The position numbers were made by a program, and so were the translations under genes. Below the pieces are notes generated by a model. It ran no database searches and had not been told where the DNA came from. It saw only the letters and a program-made list of their open reading frames with translations. 64,000 nucleotides of DNA from Clostridia bacterium (GTDB lineage Bacteria; Bacillota; Clostridia; TANB77; UBA1234): positions 1,640-65,639 of the forward strand of contig JAFXCN010000022.1 in NCBI GenBank assembly GCA_017521465.1, in the 5' to 3' direction. Shown here in pieces: positions 9,957 through 20,429 of this stretch; the first letter of the stretch is position 1; every line of letters begins with the position of its first letter.

Positions 9957-10712
9957 TTATTCGTTACTTATCAGTATATATGTTAAATCATCCTTATTTT
10001 TTATATCCTTTAATTTCTCTTCAAGGTATGCGTTATCAAAATCTTTTTGTTCTTTTGGTATGCCTATTTCATCATATAATCCATCAGAGCATAGTAAGAT
10101 TTTATCTATTTTTGCTTTTTCTATTTCTTTTACAATCATATTTTCTATACTTTCTGGATTAGTCGAACCTACCGGATAGCCATCTTGTGCATTTGCAAAT
10201 TTTCTGTATTTTCTAAAAACTTCTCTTTTCATTTCTGATTTTTCTTGTTCTGATATTTCTAACATTTCAATTTTTTCTTTTATTTCTTTTCTACATTCAA
10301 ATTTTATTTTATCAAATCTGTGATCTTCGTAATTTTCTATTTCACCATTTTTATATAAAATAGAAATTAAACAGTCGCATAACAAAAACAATTCATAAGT
10401 TGTATCTTTTTCTTTTACTGCTGCCATTGTAAATGTTGGTAATTCGTATTCATTATAATTTTCTAAATTTAAAAATTTCTTATTACTTTCTATTATTCCA
10501 TTTTTAAATGATTCTTTTATATTTTCATTAACAACTATATTCTTTTTCAACAGTTGCATATATTCATATGAATCTGATGTTTCAAAAAATATATTGTCAT
10601 CAAAAAGAGGTGTCGCTCCATCCATCACATAATAAATATTTTCCATATTATTTTTAATATCATTATTATATTTACGTATTCCTTGTTTATTTGCTTCGCT
10701 CAATATCTTCAT
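9957..10712 (-). CDS. Hypothetical protein, weak PP2C-like phosphatase signature
   Basis: 251 aa; YVMDGATP near the N-terminus and LLCSDGLYDE near the C-terminus resemble PP2C_2 metal-binding motifs; otherwise unrecognised. Confidence 0.35.
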   Translation of the reverse strand: MKILSEANKQGIRKYNNDIKNNMENIYYVMDGATPLFDDNIFFETSDSYEYMQLLKKNIVVNENIKESFKNGIIESNKKFLNLENYNEYELPTFTMAAVKEKDTTYELFLLCDCLISILYKNGEIENYEDHRFDKIKFECRKEIKEKIEMLEISEQEKSEMKREVFRKYRKFANAQDGYPVGSTNPESIENMIVKEIEKAKIDKILLCSDGLYDEIGIPKEQKDFDNAYLEEKLKDIKNKDDLTYILISNE

Positions 10713-10750
10713 TTGTATTCTCCTTTTTGTTTATAATCTCCTATACAGTC

Positions 10751-10821
10751 GAAACATTTTTCGTCGGACATTTTTTGTTCACCATACGGTGTACAAAAGA
10801 TGTCGGACGATAAAATGTTTC
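10751..10821. repeat. Family C palindromic repeat
   Basis: GAAACATTTTTCGTCGGACATTTTTT ... AAAAGATGTCGGACGATAAAATGTTTC inverted arms. Confidence 0.6.
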
Positions 10822-10822
10822 T

Positions 10823-11551
10823 CTAATGCTTCTCTTTTTCAAATATTACATTGTCGCAATATTTTTTTGCTTTTTCCATTTCTTCATCACTTCGTGCTGT
10901 CCAACCTAATATCAATTGTTTTTCTCTTAGCTTTTGAATTTTCTTGTTTGGTAATGCTCTAATATCATAAGAAATAAAATCTGGTTTTGATATAAAATTG
11001 AATAACATGTGCTTCAAAAATACTTTCTTTAATATAAACATTTTATCATTTTTAAAATCTGATGCAAGTTGGCCTCTTATCGTACTAGGTGAATGTTTTC
11101 TAAAATAATTTACCGAAAGCGGATTAAAGCTTTTTATTGCATATTTACCATTATATTGCTCTAATAATTTTATTACTTCTTTTTCTAATTTTCCGCATCT
11201 TAAATCTGTTTTTAATTCAATTATTATTGGAACTTTTCCATCGACTAAATTCAAAACTGCTTTTAATAATGGAATTCTCTCATCTGTTTCTTTTAATTGT
11301 ATTTCCGCTATTTCTTCATATGTACATTCTTTTATTTTCTTATTAATACCAGTCATTCTTTTTAAATTATCATCATGAAAAACAATTACTTCGCCATCTT
11401 TCAACAAGTGTACATCTAATTCAATTATATAATCATTTTTAATAGCTTCCGCAAATGCTTTCATTGAATTTTCAGGAATACCTTTTTCGATGTTGTGATA
11501 TCCTCTGTGGGCTATTAAATTCTGTTTTAAAAAATCGATTTCTCTTTTCAT
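10823..11551 (-). CDS. Glycerophosphodiester phosphodiesterase
   Basis: 242 aa; IAHRGYH, ENSMKAF, ELDVHL, VFHDDNL catalytic motifs of the GDPD family. Confidence 0.8.
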   Translation of the reverse strand: MKREIDFLKQNLIAHRGYHNIEKGIPENSMKAFAEAIKNDYIIELDVHLLKDGEVIVFHDDNLKRMTGINKKIKECTYEEIAEIQLKETDERIPLLKAVLNLVDGKVPIIIELKTDLRCGKLEKEVIKLLEQYNGKYAIKSFNPLSVNYFRKHSPSTIRGQLASDFKNDKMFILKKVFLKHMLFNFISKPDFISYDIRALPNKKIQKLREKQLILGWTARSDEEMEKAKKYCDNVIFEKEKH

Positions 11552-11595
11552 TATATTTTTCCTCTTAAATAAAATTTGCTTGTCATTTTAAATCA

Positions 11596-11693
11596 CTGTA
11601 ACACAGTTCGTTTTCGCAGACGGCCACTACGCGGGCGGCAATTCGCCCTCTTCCGTCAGCGAAAAAGTTTTCTTCGGAAACTTCGATGCCCAC
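11596..11693 (+). repeat. Family A GC-rich structured repeat (compact copy)
   Basis: GTAACACAGTTCGTTTTCGCAGACGGCC...CCGTCAGCGAAAAAGTTTTCTTCGGAAACTTCGATGCCCAC. Confidence 0.75.
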
Positions 11694-11719
11694 GGAAATT
11701 TACCTCTCTTTACTCTTCA

Positions 11720-12841
11720 TTATTCGTTATTCACTTTGTTTTTCACAACCAACGGAATAGCCATCAAAACTAATGTAAAGTATATCATCATTTTTAAATC
11801 TCTTATAAAGAAAAATATTACTAGCATGCAGATTGTTCTAAAAACATTTTGTACAAACTCATATAAAAATATAGAATTGTAATAATCATGCTTTTTAGAT
11901 ATTACAAGGAATACCTTTTGAACTGATTGTTCATACATCTTAACACCAAGTCCTTCTAAAAACGATACTAACATTAGCAAACCGCCTGATGTATTAATTT
12001 TTAATATATATATCATCAATACAATTACTATGCTTAATTTTAAATAATTCTTTTCTTTATTGATTATTCTGCCATATATATATGTAAATATTATTGTAGC
12101 TAAATTAACTATTAAATTTACTATACCTATAATCGTATATGTATTCGAAACATGTATTACTAAATATAACGGTATCAAAAATTTAATAACATTAAGCAAC
12201 TCAAAACACCCATATGTAATCATCTCAGGATTTAATAAATTTTTAAAAGTTACTTTTAACTCTAATTTAACATTATCATTTTTAGTTTCTTCTATTTGAA
12301 ACATAAATATTGAGCTTATTAAAAACAGTAGTGTTGATAGTACTGTCAAAATTTTGATATCAACAAACTCTAACATTATTGCACCTATGTATCCAGATAG
12401 TAATAAAGCAATTTGGTTCAAAATAGAAATGATTGAATAATCTTTTGCAACATTTTCTTTTTCTATGACTTCTAGATTATAAAATCTTCTACTCATCCAA
12501 TATATTCTTCGATATAGTGCAAACAAAAATGCTATTATTATTAAAAATATTGAATTAATTCTAACACTATTTAATAAAACTTGAAGCATAAAGAATGATA
12601 TTATTTCTAAAAAAATCATGATTTTGTAGCAATGTTTTTTCAGTAGTAGAATGCAAGGATACACTAACAACACAGAAAATACATTTACCATCAAATAATA
12701 AAACATTACTTCTTTTAATTCATATCCTGCTTTGTATAAAATTGTACCTATAAAAACTTCGATAAGACTTCTTGCAAATGTAGATAAGAATATGTATATA
12801 TTAAATTTTTCTCTGTTTTTCTTTTTTATTATATTATCCAT
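11720..12841 (-). CDS. Polytopic membrane protein, function unknown (transporter-like)
   Basis: 373 aa, about 10-12 hydrophobic spans, no recognisable catalytic motif. Confidence 0.5.
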   Translation of the reverse strand: MDNIIKKKNREKFNIYIFLSTFARSLIEVFIGTILYKAGYELKEVMFYYLMVNVFSVLLVYPCILLLKKHCYKIMIFLEIISFFMLQVLLNSVRINSIFLIIIAFLFALYRRIYWMSRRFYNLEVIEKENVAKDYSIISILNQIALLLSGYIGAIMLEFVDIKILTVLSTLLFLISSIFMFQIEETKNDNVKLELKVTFKNLLNPEMITYGCFELLNVIKFLIPLYLVIHVSNTYTIIGIVNLIVNLATIIFTYIYGRIINKEKNYLKLSIVIVLMIYILKINTSGGLLMLVSFLEGLGVKMYEQSVQKVFLVISKKHDYYNSIFLYEFVQNVFRTICMLVIFFFIRDLKMMIYFTLVLMAIPLVVKNKVNNE

Positions 12842-12865
12842 TCTTCCTCCTTTGTAAACATTTCA

Positions 12866-13016
12866 GTGTAACGCAGTTCGTTTTCGCAAATTACGTTTTT
12901 GCCCAGGTCGTCTGTCTCACATCTTCGATATGAAGCCGCGGCTTCGCCTTTTCGCCCTGGGCAGAAAACTCTTCACTATTCACTATTAGTTATTCACTGT
13001 GCCGCAAAGCGGCACA
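12866..13016 (+). repeat. Variant family A head fused to family B module
   Basis: GTGTAACGCAGTTCGTTTTCGCAA head, then TGCCCAGG..CCTGGGCA and GAAGCCGCGGCTTC hairpins, then CTTCACTATTCACTATTAGTTATTCACTG plus a GTGCCGCAAAGCGGCAC hairpin. Confidence 0.6.
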
Positions 13017-13099
13017 TACGCAACACGGTTGCAAACTGAAAGTGTCCCAATCGATACAAGTACCGATTTTGAACACCTCCGATTTACAACCGCGCAGAA

Positions 13100-13465
13100 T
13101 TAGTTTTCTTTATTTGTTCTAGCTTCGATGTCTTCTTTAACTCTTGTAGCTTTACCAACTCTATCTCTTAGATAGTAAAGTTTAGCTCTTCTAACTTTAC
13201 CATATCTAACGATTTCAACTTTTTCAATTCTTGGAGAGTTAACTGGGAATGTTTTTTCAACACCTGTACCATAAGCAACTCTTCTAACTGTGAAAGTTTC
13301 GTTAGCTCCTCCACGTTGTTTTTTGATTATTGTTCCTTCGAACACTTGAATTCTTTCTTTGTTTCCTTCTTTAATTTTATTGTGTACTCTTACTGTATCA
13401 CCAATATTTAAAGTAAGTGGATTAGCTCTTAATTGTTCGTTTTCAATAGCTTTTATTTTATCCAT
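13100..13465 (-). CDS. rplS: 50S ribosomal protein L19
   Basis: 121 aa; [28 protein letters not shown]-type sequence; located in the trmD-rplS context. Confidence 0.95.
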   Translation of the reverse strand: MDKIKAIENEQLRANPLTLNIGDTVRVHNKIKEGNKERIQVFEGTIIKKQRGGANETFTVRRVAYGTGVEKTFPVNSPRIEKVEIVRYGKVRRAKLYYLRDRVGKATRVKEDIEARTNKEN

Positions 13466-13497
13466 GATTTTCTCCTTTCTTCGAAATCTATATTTCT

Positions 13498-14175
13498 CTA
13501 TTTATTTTCCAGTAAGTCTGGTCTTCTTTTTTTCGTTATTTCTAACGCTTTTTCATGTCGCCATTTTTCTATATTTGCATGATGTCCTGAAAGCAATACT
13601 TCCGGAACTTTTCGTCCCATAAATTCTTCAGGTCTAGTATATTGTGGGTATTCTAAAAGTCCGTTACTAAACGATTCTTCGCTTGTTGAACCTTCACTTA
13701 AAACTCCATCAATATTCCTACTAACAGCATCTATCAAAATCATTGCAGGCATTTCTCCACCTGTTAACACATAGTCACCAATTGAAATTTCTTCATCTAC
13801 AATTTCTTCAATTAATCTTTCATCAACACCTTCATAGTGACCACATAATATAATTAAGTGATTTTCTTTTGAAAGTTCAATTGCCATTTGTTGATTAAAA
13901 ACTTTTCCTCTTGGAGACATATATATAACTTTAGGTTTGTAATCTAATTTGGCTACAATTGATTTATATGCATCATATATCGGTTCTGGTTTGATTACCA
14001 TGCCAGCACCGCCTCCATACGGAGTATCGTCAACATGTTTTTGTTTATCTGTAGAAAACTCTCTGAAATTAACTACATTAAGTTTGATTTTTTCACTTTG
14101 TATCGCCCTACCAATTATGCTTGAGTTTAACACATCAAACATTTCAGGAAATAATGTTAAAACATCAAACCTCAT
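13498..14175 (-). CDS. trmD: tRNA (guanine37-N1)-methyltransferase
   Basis: 225 aa; [46 protein letters not shown]. Confidence 0.95.
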   Translation of the reverse strand: MRFDVLTLFPEMFDVLNSSIIGRAIQSEKIKLNVVNFREFSTDKQKHVDDTPYGGGAGMVIKPEPIYDAYKSIVAKLDYKPKVIYMSPRGKVFNQQMAIELSKENHLIILCGHYEGVDERLIEEIVDEEISIGDYVLTGGEMPAMILIDAVSRNIDGVLSEGSTSEESFSNGLLEYPQYTRPEEFMGRKVPEVLLSGHHANIEKWRHEKALEITKKRRPDLLENK

Positions 14176-14680
14176 CTTCTAACCCCCTAGGTATTTCTAC
14201 TTCAATTTTCTTATTTTCTAAATCAATATTTTTTACTACTGATTCTAGTGCAGGTAAAAGTAACTCTTTCTTACCTTCTCTTTTTACAACATATACATCA
14301 GATGCGCCAGCTGTGAAAACATCTATAAGTTTTCCAATCTGTTCATCTTTAACATACACGTCGCAACCAATTAAATCTGCAATAAAGAATTCGTTTTGTT
14401 CTAGTTCTTTCGCATCTTCTCTTGGAATGATTAAATTTTGACCTTTTAATCTTTCAGCTTGATCGATATCTTCAATTTCTTTTAGTTTTAAAAGAACAAT
14501 ATCTTTTTGATATCTAACACTCTGAACTTCATATTCATCAAAATTTTTATCATCTTTTTTAATTAGCACTTTTTTGATTTCTTCAAATCTTTTTGCATTT
14601 TCAGTATATGGTCTGACTTTAAGTTCTCCCTTTAAGCCATGTGTATTGGAAATTAGACCAATTTCAAAATATTCTACCAT
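14165..14680 (-). CDS. rimM: 16S rRNA processing protein RimM
   Basis: 171 aa; GLKGELKV N-terminus, PRC barrel C-terminus; canonical position between the KH protein gene and trmD. Confidence 0.9.
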   Translation of the reverse strand: MVEYFEIGLISNTHGLKGELKVRPYTENAKRFEEIKKVLIKKDDKNFDEYEVQSVRYQKDIVLLKLKEIEDIDQAERLKGQNLIIPREDAKELEQNEFFIADLIGCDVYVKDEQIGKLIDVFTAGASDVYVVKREGKKELLLPALESVVKNIDLENKKIEVEIPRGLEDEV

Positions 14681-14689
14681 ATTAGCTCC

Positions 14690-14920
14690 TTAATCAATTA
14701 TTTCAACATTAATTTTTGTTCCATTTTTTGTTGCATAAGCTTTCATTAAAGTTCTAATTGCTTTCGCTATTTTACCTTGTTTTCCAATAACTTTTCCCAT
14801 ATCTGATGGATCAACTCTTAGTTCTAAAACATTTACTTTGTCTTCAACACGAGTTGTAACATTAATTGCATCTGGATTATCTACAATATCTCTAACAAGT
14901 ACTTTTAGCATTTCTTCCAT
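14690..14920 (-). CDS. KH-domain RNA-binding protein (YlqC family)
   Basis: 76 aa; GKVIGKQGKIAKAIRT KH GXXG loop; sits between rpsP and rimM. Confidence 0.85.
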   Translation of the reverse strand: MEEMLKVLVRDIVDNPDAINVTTRVEDKVNVLELRVDPSDMGKVIGKQGKIAKAIRTLMKAYATKNGTKINVEIID

Positions 14921-14934
14921 ATAAAGTCCTCCTC

Positions 14935-15171
14935 TTATTTAGATACTTTATTAAATAATGCTCTTACAATATCTGTTGGTTTAGCACCATCTTTAACCCA
15001 TTTTTCATACTTTTCAGTATCAATATTTAAAAGCATTGGTTCTTTAGTTGGATCATAAACACCAATTTCCTCGATAAATCTACCATCTCTTGGATATCTT
15101 GAATCTGCAACTACTACTTTGTAATAAGGTTTTTTCTTTGCACCATCTCTTCTTAATCTGATTTTTACCAT
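14935..15171 (-). CDS. rpsP: 30S ribosomal protein S16
   Basis: [17 protein letters not shown]. Start moved to ATG 15171 because the track start GTG lies inside SD AAGGTGGTG. Confidence 0.95.
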   Translation of the reverse strand: MVKIRLRRDGAKKKPYYKVVVADSRYPRDGRFIEEIGVYDPTKEPMLLNIDTEKYEKWVKDGAKPTDIVRALFNKVSK

Positions 15172-15334
15172 TTGTTTCACCACCTTTCAATGATATATAT
15201 ATTCTATAAATTGTATATAACAAAAACATAAAGAATACTGAATAGTGAATAAATAATAAAGAATAATTTCTTCTTTATTCAATATTCTTTTTTCTTTATT
15301 CTTTAATTTTAAATTTTAGTTTAATGATATTAGA

Positions 15335-16702
15335 CTAAAATTTAAAATTCTTCAGGTCTTCTGGGCTCATATTTTTACCAAGTTTACTTGCCATTTTCAT
15401 TATTGACCCCTTGTTACTCATAAGCTGTTTCATTTTTAATTTTGTATCTGTATATTGTTTTACAAGTATGTTTACTTGTTGAACTGTCGTACCAGCTCCT
15501 GCTGCAATTCTTTTTCTTCTTGCTGCATTTAATATATCTGGATCATTTTTTTCAGCTGTAGTCATTGATTGAATTATTGCTTTGCTTAATTTAAATTGTT
15601 TTTCAATCATCTCTGATTGTTCTTCTGTTATCTCGCTTATTCCAAACATTCCAAGTATTGATTTGAAAGAACCTAATTTATTTACTTTTGTTAATTGTTC
15701 TAAGTAGTCCTGCATTGTAAATTGTTGTTTTCTAAGTTTCTTTTCTAATTCGATAGATTCTTGTTCTTCAATAGCTTCTTCTGCTTTTTCTATTAATGAA
15801 AGAACATCGCTCATTCCTAAAATTCTTCTTGCCATTCTGTCAGGATGGAACACTTCGACATCATTCATCTTTTCGCCAACACCAATAAATTTGATTGGTT
15901 TGCCTGTAATTTTCTTTACTGAAAGCGCAGCACCACCACGGGTGTCACCATCTAATTTTGTAAGTACTACACCATTTATTTCTAATTGGTTATTAAAGCT
16001 TTCTGCAACATTTACTGCATCTTGACCTGTCATTGAGTCAACAACAAGTAAAATTTCATGCGGTTTTGCAAATGCTTTTAAGTTTTGAAGCTCTGTCATA
16101 AGCTCTTCATCAATATGTAGACGTCCTGCTGTGTCTATGATTATTAAGTCATTTAATTTTGAATTTGCTTCTTTAAAAGCTTCTCTTGCAATTTGAATAA
16201 CGTCTTTTGTGTTTTCATTTGCATAAACCGGAATATCAAGTTGTCTTCCAACAACTTGAAGTTGTTTAATAGCAGCTGGTCTGTATACGTCACATGCAAC
16301 TAGCATTGGTTTTTTTCCTTGTTTTCTAAGTAAGTTTGCAAGTTTACCAGCCATAGTTGTTTTACCAGAACCTTGAAGTCCAACAAGCATTATAACTGTT
16401 GGTGGGTTTGGTGATATATTAAGTTTTTCAGCTTCTTTTCCAAGTAAATTTACTAATTCTTCGTGTACTATTTTTACAACTTGTTGTCCTGGTGTTAAGC
16501 TTTTTAAAACATCTTGTCCTAATGCTTTTTCACCAACAACTGTCGTAAATTCTTTTACAACTTTATAGTTAACGTCAGCTTCTAAAAGTGCAAGTTTAAC
16601 TTCTCTTGTAATATCTTTTATATCAGCTTCTGTAACTCTAGCTTTTCCCTTTAAGTTATTTACTATATTCTGAAGTTTACTAGATAGCCCTTCAAATGCC
16701 AT
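15335..16702 (-). CDS. ffh: Signal recognition particle protein Ffh
   Basis: 455 aa; GLQGSGKTT, DTAGR, TKLDGD, Met-rich M domain. Confidence 0.95.
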   Translation of the reverse strand: MAFEGLSSKLQNIVNNLKGKARVTEADIKDITREVKLALLEADVNYKVVKEFTTVVGEKALGQDVLKSLTPGQQVVKIVHEELVNLLGKEAEKLNISPNPPTVIMLVGLQGSGKTTMAGKLANLLRKQGKKPMLVACDVYRPAAIKQLQVVGRQLDIPVYANENTKDVIQIAREAFKEANSKLNDLIIIDTAGRLHIDEELMTELQNLKAFAKPHEILLVVDSMTGQDAVNVAESFNNQLEINGVVLTKLDGDTRGGAALSVKKITGKPIKFIGVGEKMNDVEVFHPDRMARRILGMSDVLSLIEKAEEAIEEQESIELEKKLRKQQFTMQDYLEQLTKVNKLGSFKSILGMFGISEITEEQSEMIEKQFKLSKAIIQSMTTAEKNDPDILNAARRKRIAAGAGTTVQQVNILVKQYTDTKLKMKQLMSNKGSIMKMASKLGKNMSPEDLKNFKF

Positions 16703-16720
16703 TAGTGTTCTCCTTTCAAT

Positions 16721-17026
16721 CTATAACAATTTCTGTAGTTCCTGTGCTGTCTTTTCGTCATTTGTCATTTCTATAATTTTTTCTATAATCTCCTGACGCT
16801 CAAGCTTTTCTTTTAAAAAACATAGTTTTTCTTCAAAATCAAACAGCTTATTTTCAGCATCAATAAGGTTTTTTCTAACGCCTTGTCTTGTGATATTGGT
16901 TTCCTCTGCAATCTCACTTAATGATAAGTTTTGATTATAATATAAATCGACTACATCATATTGCTTACTTGTAAGTAATTTTCCATACATATCAAGCAAC
17001 ATGCTTACATGAATACTCTTATCCAT
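16721..17026 (-). CDS. ylxM: YlxM/UPF0122 putative DNA-binding protein
   Basis: About 100 aa helix-turn-helix protein directly upstream of ffh (LSLSEIAEETNITRQGV); start at ATG 17026 after GGAGGTG. Confidence 0.8.
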   Translation of the reverse strand: MDKSIHVSMLLDMYGKLLTSKQYDVVDLYYNQNLSLSEIAEETNITRQGVRKNLIDAENKLFDFEEKLCFLKEKLERQEIIEKIIEMTNDEKTAQELQKLL

Positions 17027-17160
17027 ATGCACCTCCACGCATTAGCTGTAAACCTCAAACAGTTTACACCGGTTTTCCCTATTTGTCAAGGGAAAATTAT
17101 AATTTTTTCTAAAATTTCCGTACACATCCCTCACGGATAAATGATTTTCATTCCAAATTA

Positions 17161-17258
17161 CTGTAACGCAGTTCGTTTTCGCAGACGGCCGCTGCGCGGG
17201 CGGCGATTCGCCCTTTTCCGTCAGCGAAAATGTTTCCTTCGGAAACTTCGATACGCAC
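17161..17258 (+). repeat. Family A GC-rich structured repeat (compact reference copy)
   Basis: CTGTAACGCAGTTCGTTTTCGCAGACGGCCGCTGCGCGGGCGGCGATTCGCCCTTTTCCGTCAGCGAAAATGTTTCCTTCGGAAACTTCGATACGCAC. Confidence 0.8.
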
Positions 17259-17321
17259 ATAAATAACGATATAAAAAAGAGATGAAACTTCCTTGTTTCA
17301 CCTCCACTTTTTCATACCCTC

Positions 17322-17879
17322 TTATAATTTTATCTGTATCTTACAAAACTTTTTCACTGCTCCCCATACATCAATCTGCTTATTCAAGTCAACTTCAGCA
17401 AACAAAACATCTTTCCATGTCTTTTTAACTGTTAATGCTCTTTCAGCCGGTATCGTTGCATAATCTATAGTAATCATATTTTCCCTATTTGCGTCACACA
17501 AATCTTTTATATTATATGTTACATCCATCTTTGCTTGCATTCTTTTATTTGTGTACAATTTACTTAACTGCTCATCAATTATCATTCTATCGTTTACAGA
17601 CATATCTAATGCAAATGCATGTTTTGGAACATTTTTAACTCTTCTGCTTTTTTCTATAACATTGGCATAATAATTAATGCTCGTATTCGGATTAATTACA
17701 GGATTTTCTACTATAGGTTGCTCTAGTTTTTCTATTTCATCTATCGAAACTTTAAAACTTGCTGGAGTCACAACTGGCTCAGCATGGACATTCATTTCTT
17801 CTAAAAGCTTAGAAAATTGCATATTTATTTTTTCAATTCTGCTAGTAACTTCATCAACTTCGCCTACTGGCCATTCCAC
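17322..17879 (-). CDS. Hypothetical protein
   Basis: Open frame of about 185-195 aa with no recognised motif. The likely start is GTG 17879, 5 nt after SD AAGGGGTGA; the track start TTG 17909 is less likely. Confidence 0.5.
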   Translation of the reverse strand: MEWPVGEVDEVTSRIEKINMQFSKLLEEMNVHAEPVVTPASFKVSIDEIEKLEQPIVENPVINPNTSINYYANVIEKSRRVKNVPKHAFALDMSVNDRMIIDEQLSKLYTNKRMQAKMDVTYNIKDLCDANRENMITIDYATIPAERALTVKKTWKDVLFAEVDLNKQIDVWGAVKKFCKIQIKL

Positions 17880-17941
17880 GTAACTCACCCCTTTTATCCT
17901 TTGTACCAATTATATTGTATTATTATGGTAATCAAAATACA

Positions 17942-17980
17942 ATTACACAAATATTACATTTATATTACAAGAATGTTACA
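17942..17980. promoter_or_regulatory. Four RTTACA hexamers at exact 11-bp phasing
   Basis: ATTACA at 17942, 17953 and 17964, GTTACA at 17975; lies between the clpC stop and the promoter region of the 17322-17879 gene. Confidence 0.35.
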
Positions 17981-17987
17981 TGGCATT

Positions 17988-20417
17988 TTAATTAGCTTTT
18001 ATTTGCGATTTGCCATCTGTAAATAATATCTTTATGGTATCGCCATTATTTACTGTTCCTTCAAGAATTGCTTCAGCCAATTTATCTTCTATCATTGTTT
18101 GAATAGCACGTTTTAATGGTCTCGCACCATACATAGTATCAAAACCTTTTTTAACAATTTCTTTTTTCATACTATCATCAATTTTAACTTTTATTTCACG
18201 TTCCTTAAGTCTTCCCATAGAATCTTTCAACATTAATTCTACTATTTTACCAATTTCCTCTTCTGTTAATTGTTTAAATACTATTGTTTCATCTATACGA
18301 TTTAAAAATTCAGGTCTAAATTGTCGTTTAAGTTCAGTCATAACGCTACTTTTAATTTGTTCATAATTTTGATTTTCACTATTACCGCCACTAAACCCAA
18401 TTGATTTTCTTTCTGATATTGATCTTGCACCAACATTTGATGTCATTATTATTACTGTATTTTTAAAATTAACCGTCTTTCCTTGAGAATCTGTCAATCT
18501 TCCTTCATCTAATATTTGTAATAAAATATTAAATACATCTGGATGAGCTTTCTCTATTTCATCAAACAGAATTACTGAATATGGTTTTCTTCTTACTTTT
18601 TCTGTTAGCTGTCCTCCCTCTTCAAATCCAACATAGCCTGGAGGCGAACCTATAAGTTTTGATACTGTATGTTTTTCCATGTATTCAGACATGTCAATTC
18701 TTATAATTGCATTTTCATCTCCAAACAAAGCGTCTGCTAATGCTTTACATGTTTCTGTTTTTCCAACACCTGTTGGTCCTAAAAATATAAATGAACCAAT
18801 TGGGCGCTTAGGATCTTTTAATCCAACTCTTCCTCTTCTTATAGCTCTACTTACAGCAGATATTGCATCTTCTTGACCTATTACTCTATTGTGCATTTCT
18901 TCTTCTAATTTCATAAGTCGCGTACTTTCCGCCTCTGTCAATTTATATACAGGTACTCCTGTCCAGTTTGAAATAACTTGTGCAATTTCTTCTTCTCCAA
19001 CTTCAGTTGTTTTAATTTGATTTTTTTGTGCCCACTCTAATTTTTGTTTTTCTAATTTTTCTTTTTCTTTATGTTCTTTATCGCGCAATTTAGCAGCTTT
19101 TTCAAAATCTTGAGTATTGATTGCATCTTCTTTTTCTTTAATTATATTTTGAATTTTTTCTTCAATTTTTTTCACTTCTTTTGGAGCCATTAATGAATTA
19201 AGTTTTACTTTTGATGCTGCTTCATCCATCAAATCTATTGCCTTGTCTGGAAGATATCTATCGTTAATATATCTTGCAGATAATTCGGCTGCTGCTTTAA
19301 TTGCGCTATCCGTGATTTTAACTTTATGATGAGCTTCATATTTATCACGAATGCCAGTTAAAATTTGAATAGTTTCTTCTATGGTTGGCTCACCAACATT
19401 AATAGGTTGAAATCTTCTTTCAAGAGCAGCATCTTTTTCAATATATTTTTTATATTCATTAAGTGTTGTTGCACCTATTACTTGAATTTCAGCTCTTGCT
19501 AGAAGTGGTTTTAAAATGTTTGCTGCATCTATTGCTCCTTCTGCAGCTCCAGCACCAACTATTGTATGAATTTCATCAATAAACAAAATTGTATTACTTG
19601 CTTTTTTTATTTCATTCAAACATTTCTTTAATCTTTCTTCAAAATCTCCTCTATACTTTGCACCAGCAACCATTGATGAAATATCTAATGTAACAACTCT
19701 TTTATCTCTAAGTATTTCCGGCACTTCACCTTCAACTATTTTTTCTGCCAACCCTTCAACAACAGCAGTTTTACCTACTCCAGGTTCACCAATCAAACAA
19801 GGATTATTTTTAGTTCGTCTGCTAAGTATTTGAATAATTCTTTCTATTTCTTTTTCTCTTCCTATGATAGGATCTAATTTCCCTTCACTTGCTTCAGCAG
19901 TTAAATCTTTTCCATATTGATTTAATGTCGGTGTTTGTGAAGATGCTGCATTCTTCTTTTGTTTAGGCGCAGCTGTTCCACTTTCCTCGCCTAAAGCTTT
20001 CACAATTTCTGCAAAAAGTTTTTGAATATCAACACCAAGTTCAACAATTATTCTTGACGCAACACTATCTCCTTCTTTCATTATGCCTAACAATAAATGT
20101 TCTGTTCCAATAAAATTATTGTTTAATTTTTTAGCTTCAATAAAGCTTAATTCTATTACTCGCTTAGTTCTTGGTGTAAAACCAATCGGAACATTTTTTA
20201 GAGGTTCTTCTCTTCCTATTAACTCTTCAATTAACGCAATCACTTTTTCTTCAGTAATATTTTGCGATGTAAGAACTTTATTAGCAAGACCATTTCCTTC
20301 TCTTAAAAGTCCACACAGCAAATGTTCTGTACCTACATAATTGTGTCCAAGCTCTGCCGCAATTTCTTGTGATAACGCAATCGCTTTTTCTGCTCTATTT
20401 GTAAATTTATATATCAT
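17988..20417 (-). CDS. clpC: ATP-dependent Clp protease ATP-binding subunit ClpC
   Basis: 809 aa; double Clp_N repeat, AAA+ modules GEPGVGKT and [11 protein letters not shown]-like motif FEKAAKLRD. Confidence 0.95.
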   Translation of the reverse strand: MIYKFTNRAEKAIALSQEIAAELGHNYVGTEHLLCGLLREGNGLANKVLTSQNITEEKVIALIEELIGREEPLKNVPIGFTPRTKRVIELSFIEAKKLNNNFIGTEHLLLGIMKEGDSVASRIIVELGVDIQKLFAEIVKALGEESGTAAPKQKKNAASSQTPTLNQYGKDLTAEASEGKLDPIIGREKEIERIIQILSRRTKNNPCLIGEPGVGKTAVVEGLAEKIVEGEVPEILRDKRVVTLDISSMVAGAKYRGDFEERLKKCLNEIKKASNTILFIDEIHTIVGAGAAEGAIDAANILKPLLARAEIQVIGATTLNEYKKYIEKDAALERRFQPINVGEPTIEETIQILTGIRDKYEAHHKVKITDSAIKAAAELSARYINDRYLPDKAIDLMDEAASKVKLNSLMAPKEVKKIEEKIQNIIKEKEDAINTQDFEKAAKLRDKEHKEKEKLEKQKLEWAQKNQIKTTEVGEEEIAQVISNWTGVPVYKLTEAESTRLMKLEEEMHNRVIGQEDAISAVSRAIRRGRVGLKDPKRPIGSFIFLGPTGVGKTETCKALADALFGDENAIIRIDMSEYMEKHTVSKLIGSPPGYVGFEEGGQLTEKVRRKPYSVILFDEIEKAHPDVFNILLQILDEGRLTDSQGKTVNFKNTVIIMTSNVGARSISERKSIGFSGGNSENQNYEQIKSSVMTELKRQFRPEFLNRIDETIVFKQLTEEEIGKIVELMLKDSMGRLKEREIKVKIDDSMKKEIVKKGFDTMYGARPLKRAIQTMIEDKLAEAILEGTVNNGDTIKILFTDGKSQIKAN

Positions 20418-20429
20418 TTTCTCACTTCC

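Noticed and set aside
11576-11773. Short ORFs encoding RFRRRPLRG.. peptides (11576-11773, 17042-17260, 60352-60663)
   Set aside because: All three are read-throughs of family A repeat copies. The similar peptides reflect repeated DNA, not a gene family, and no SD is present.
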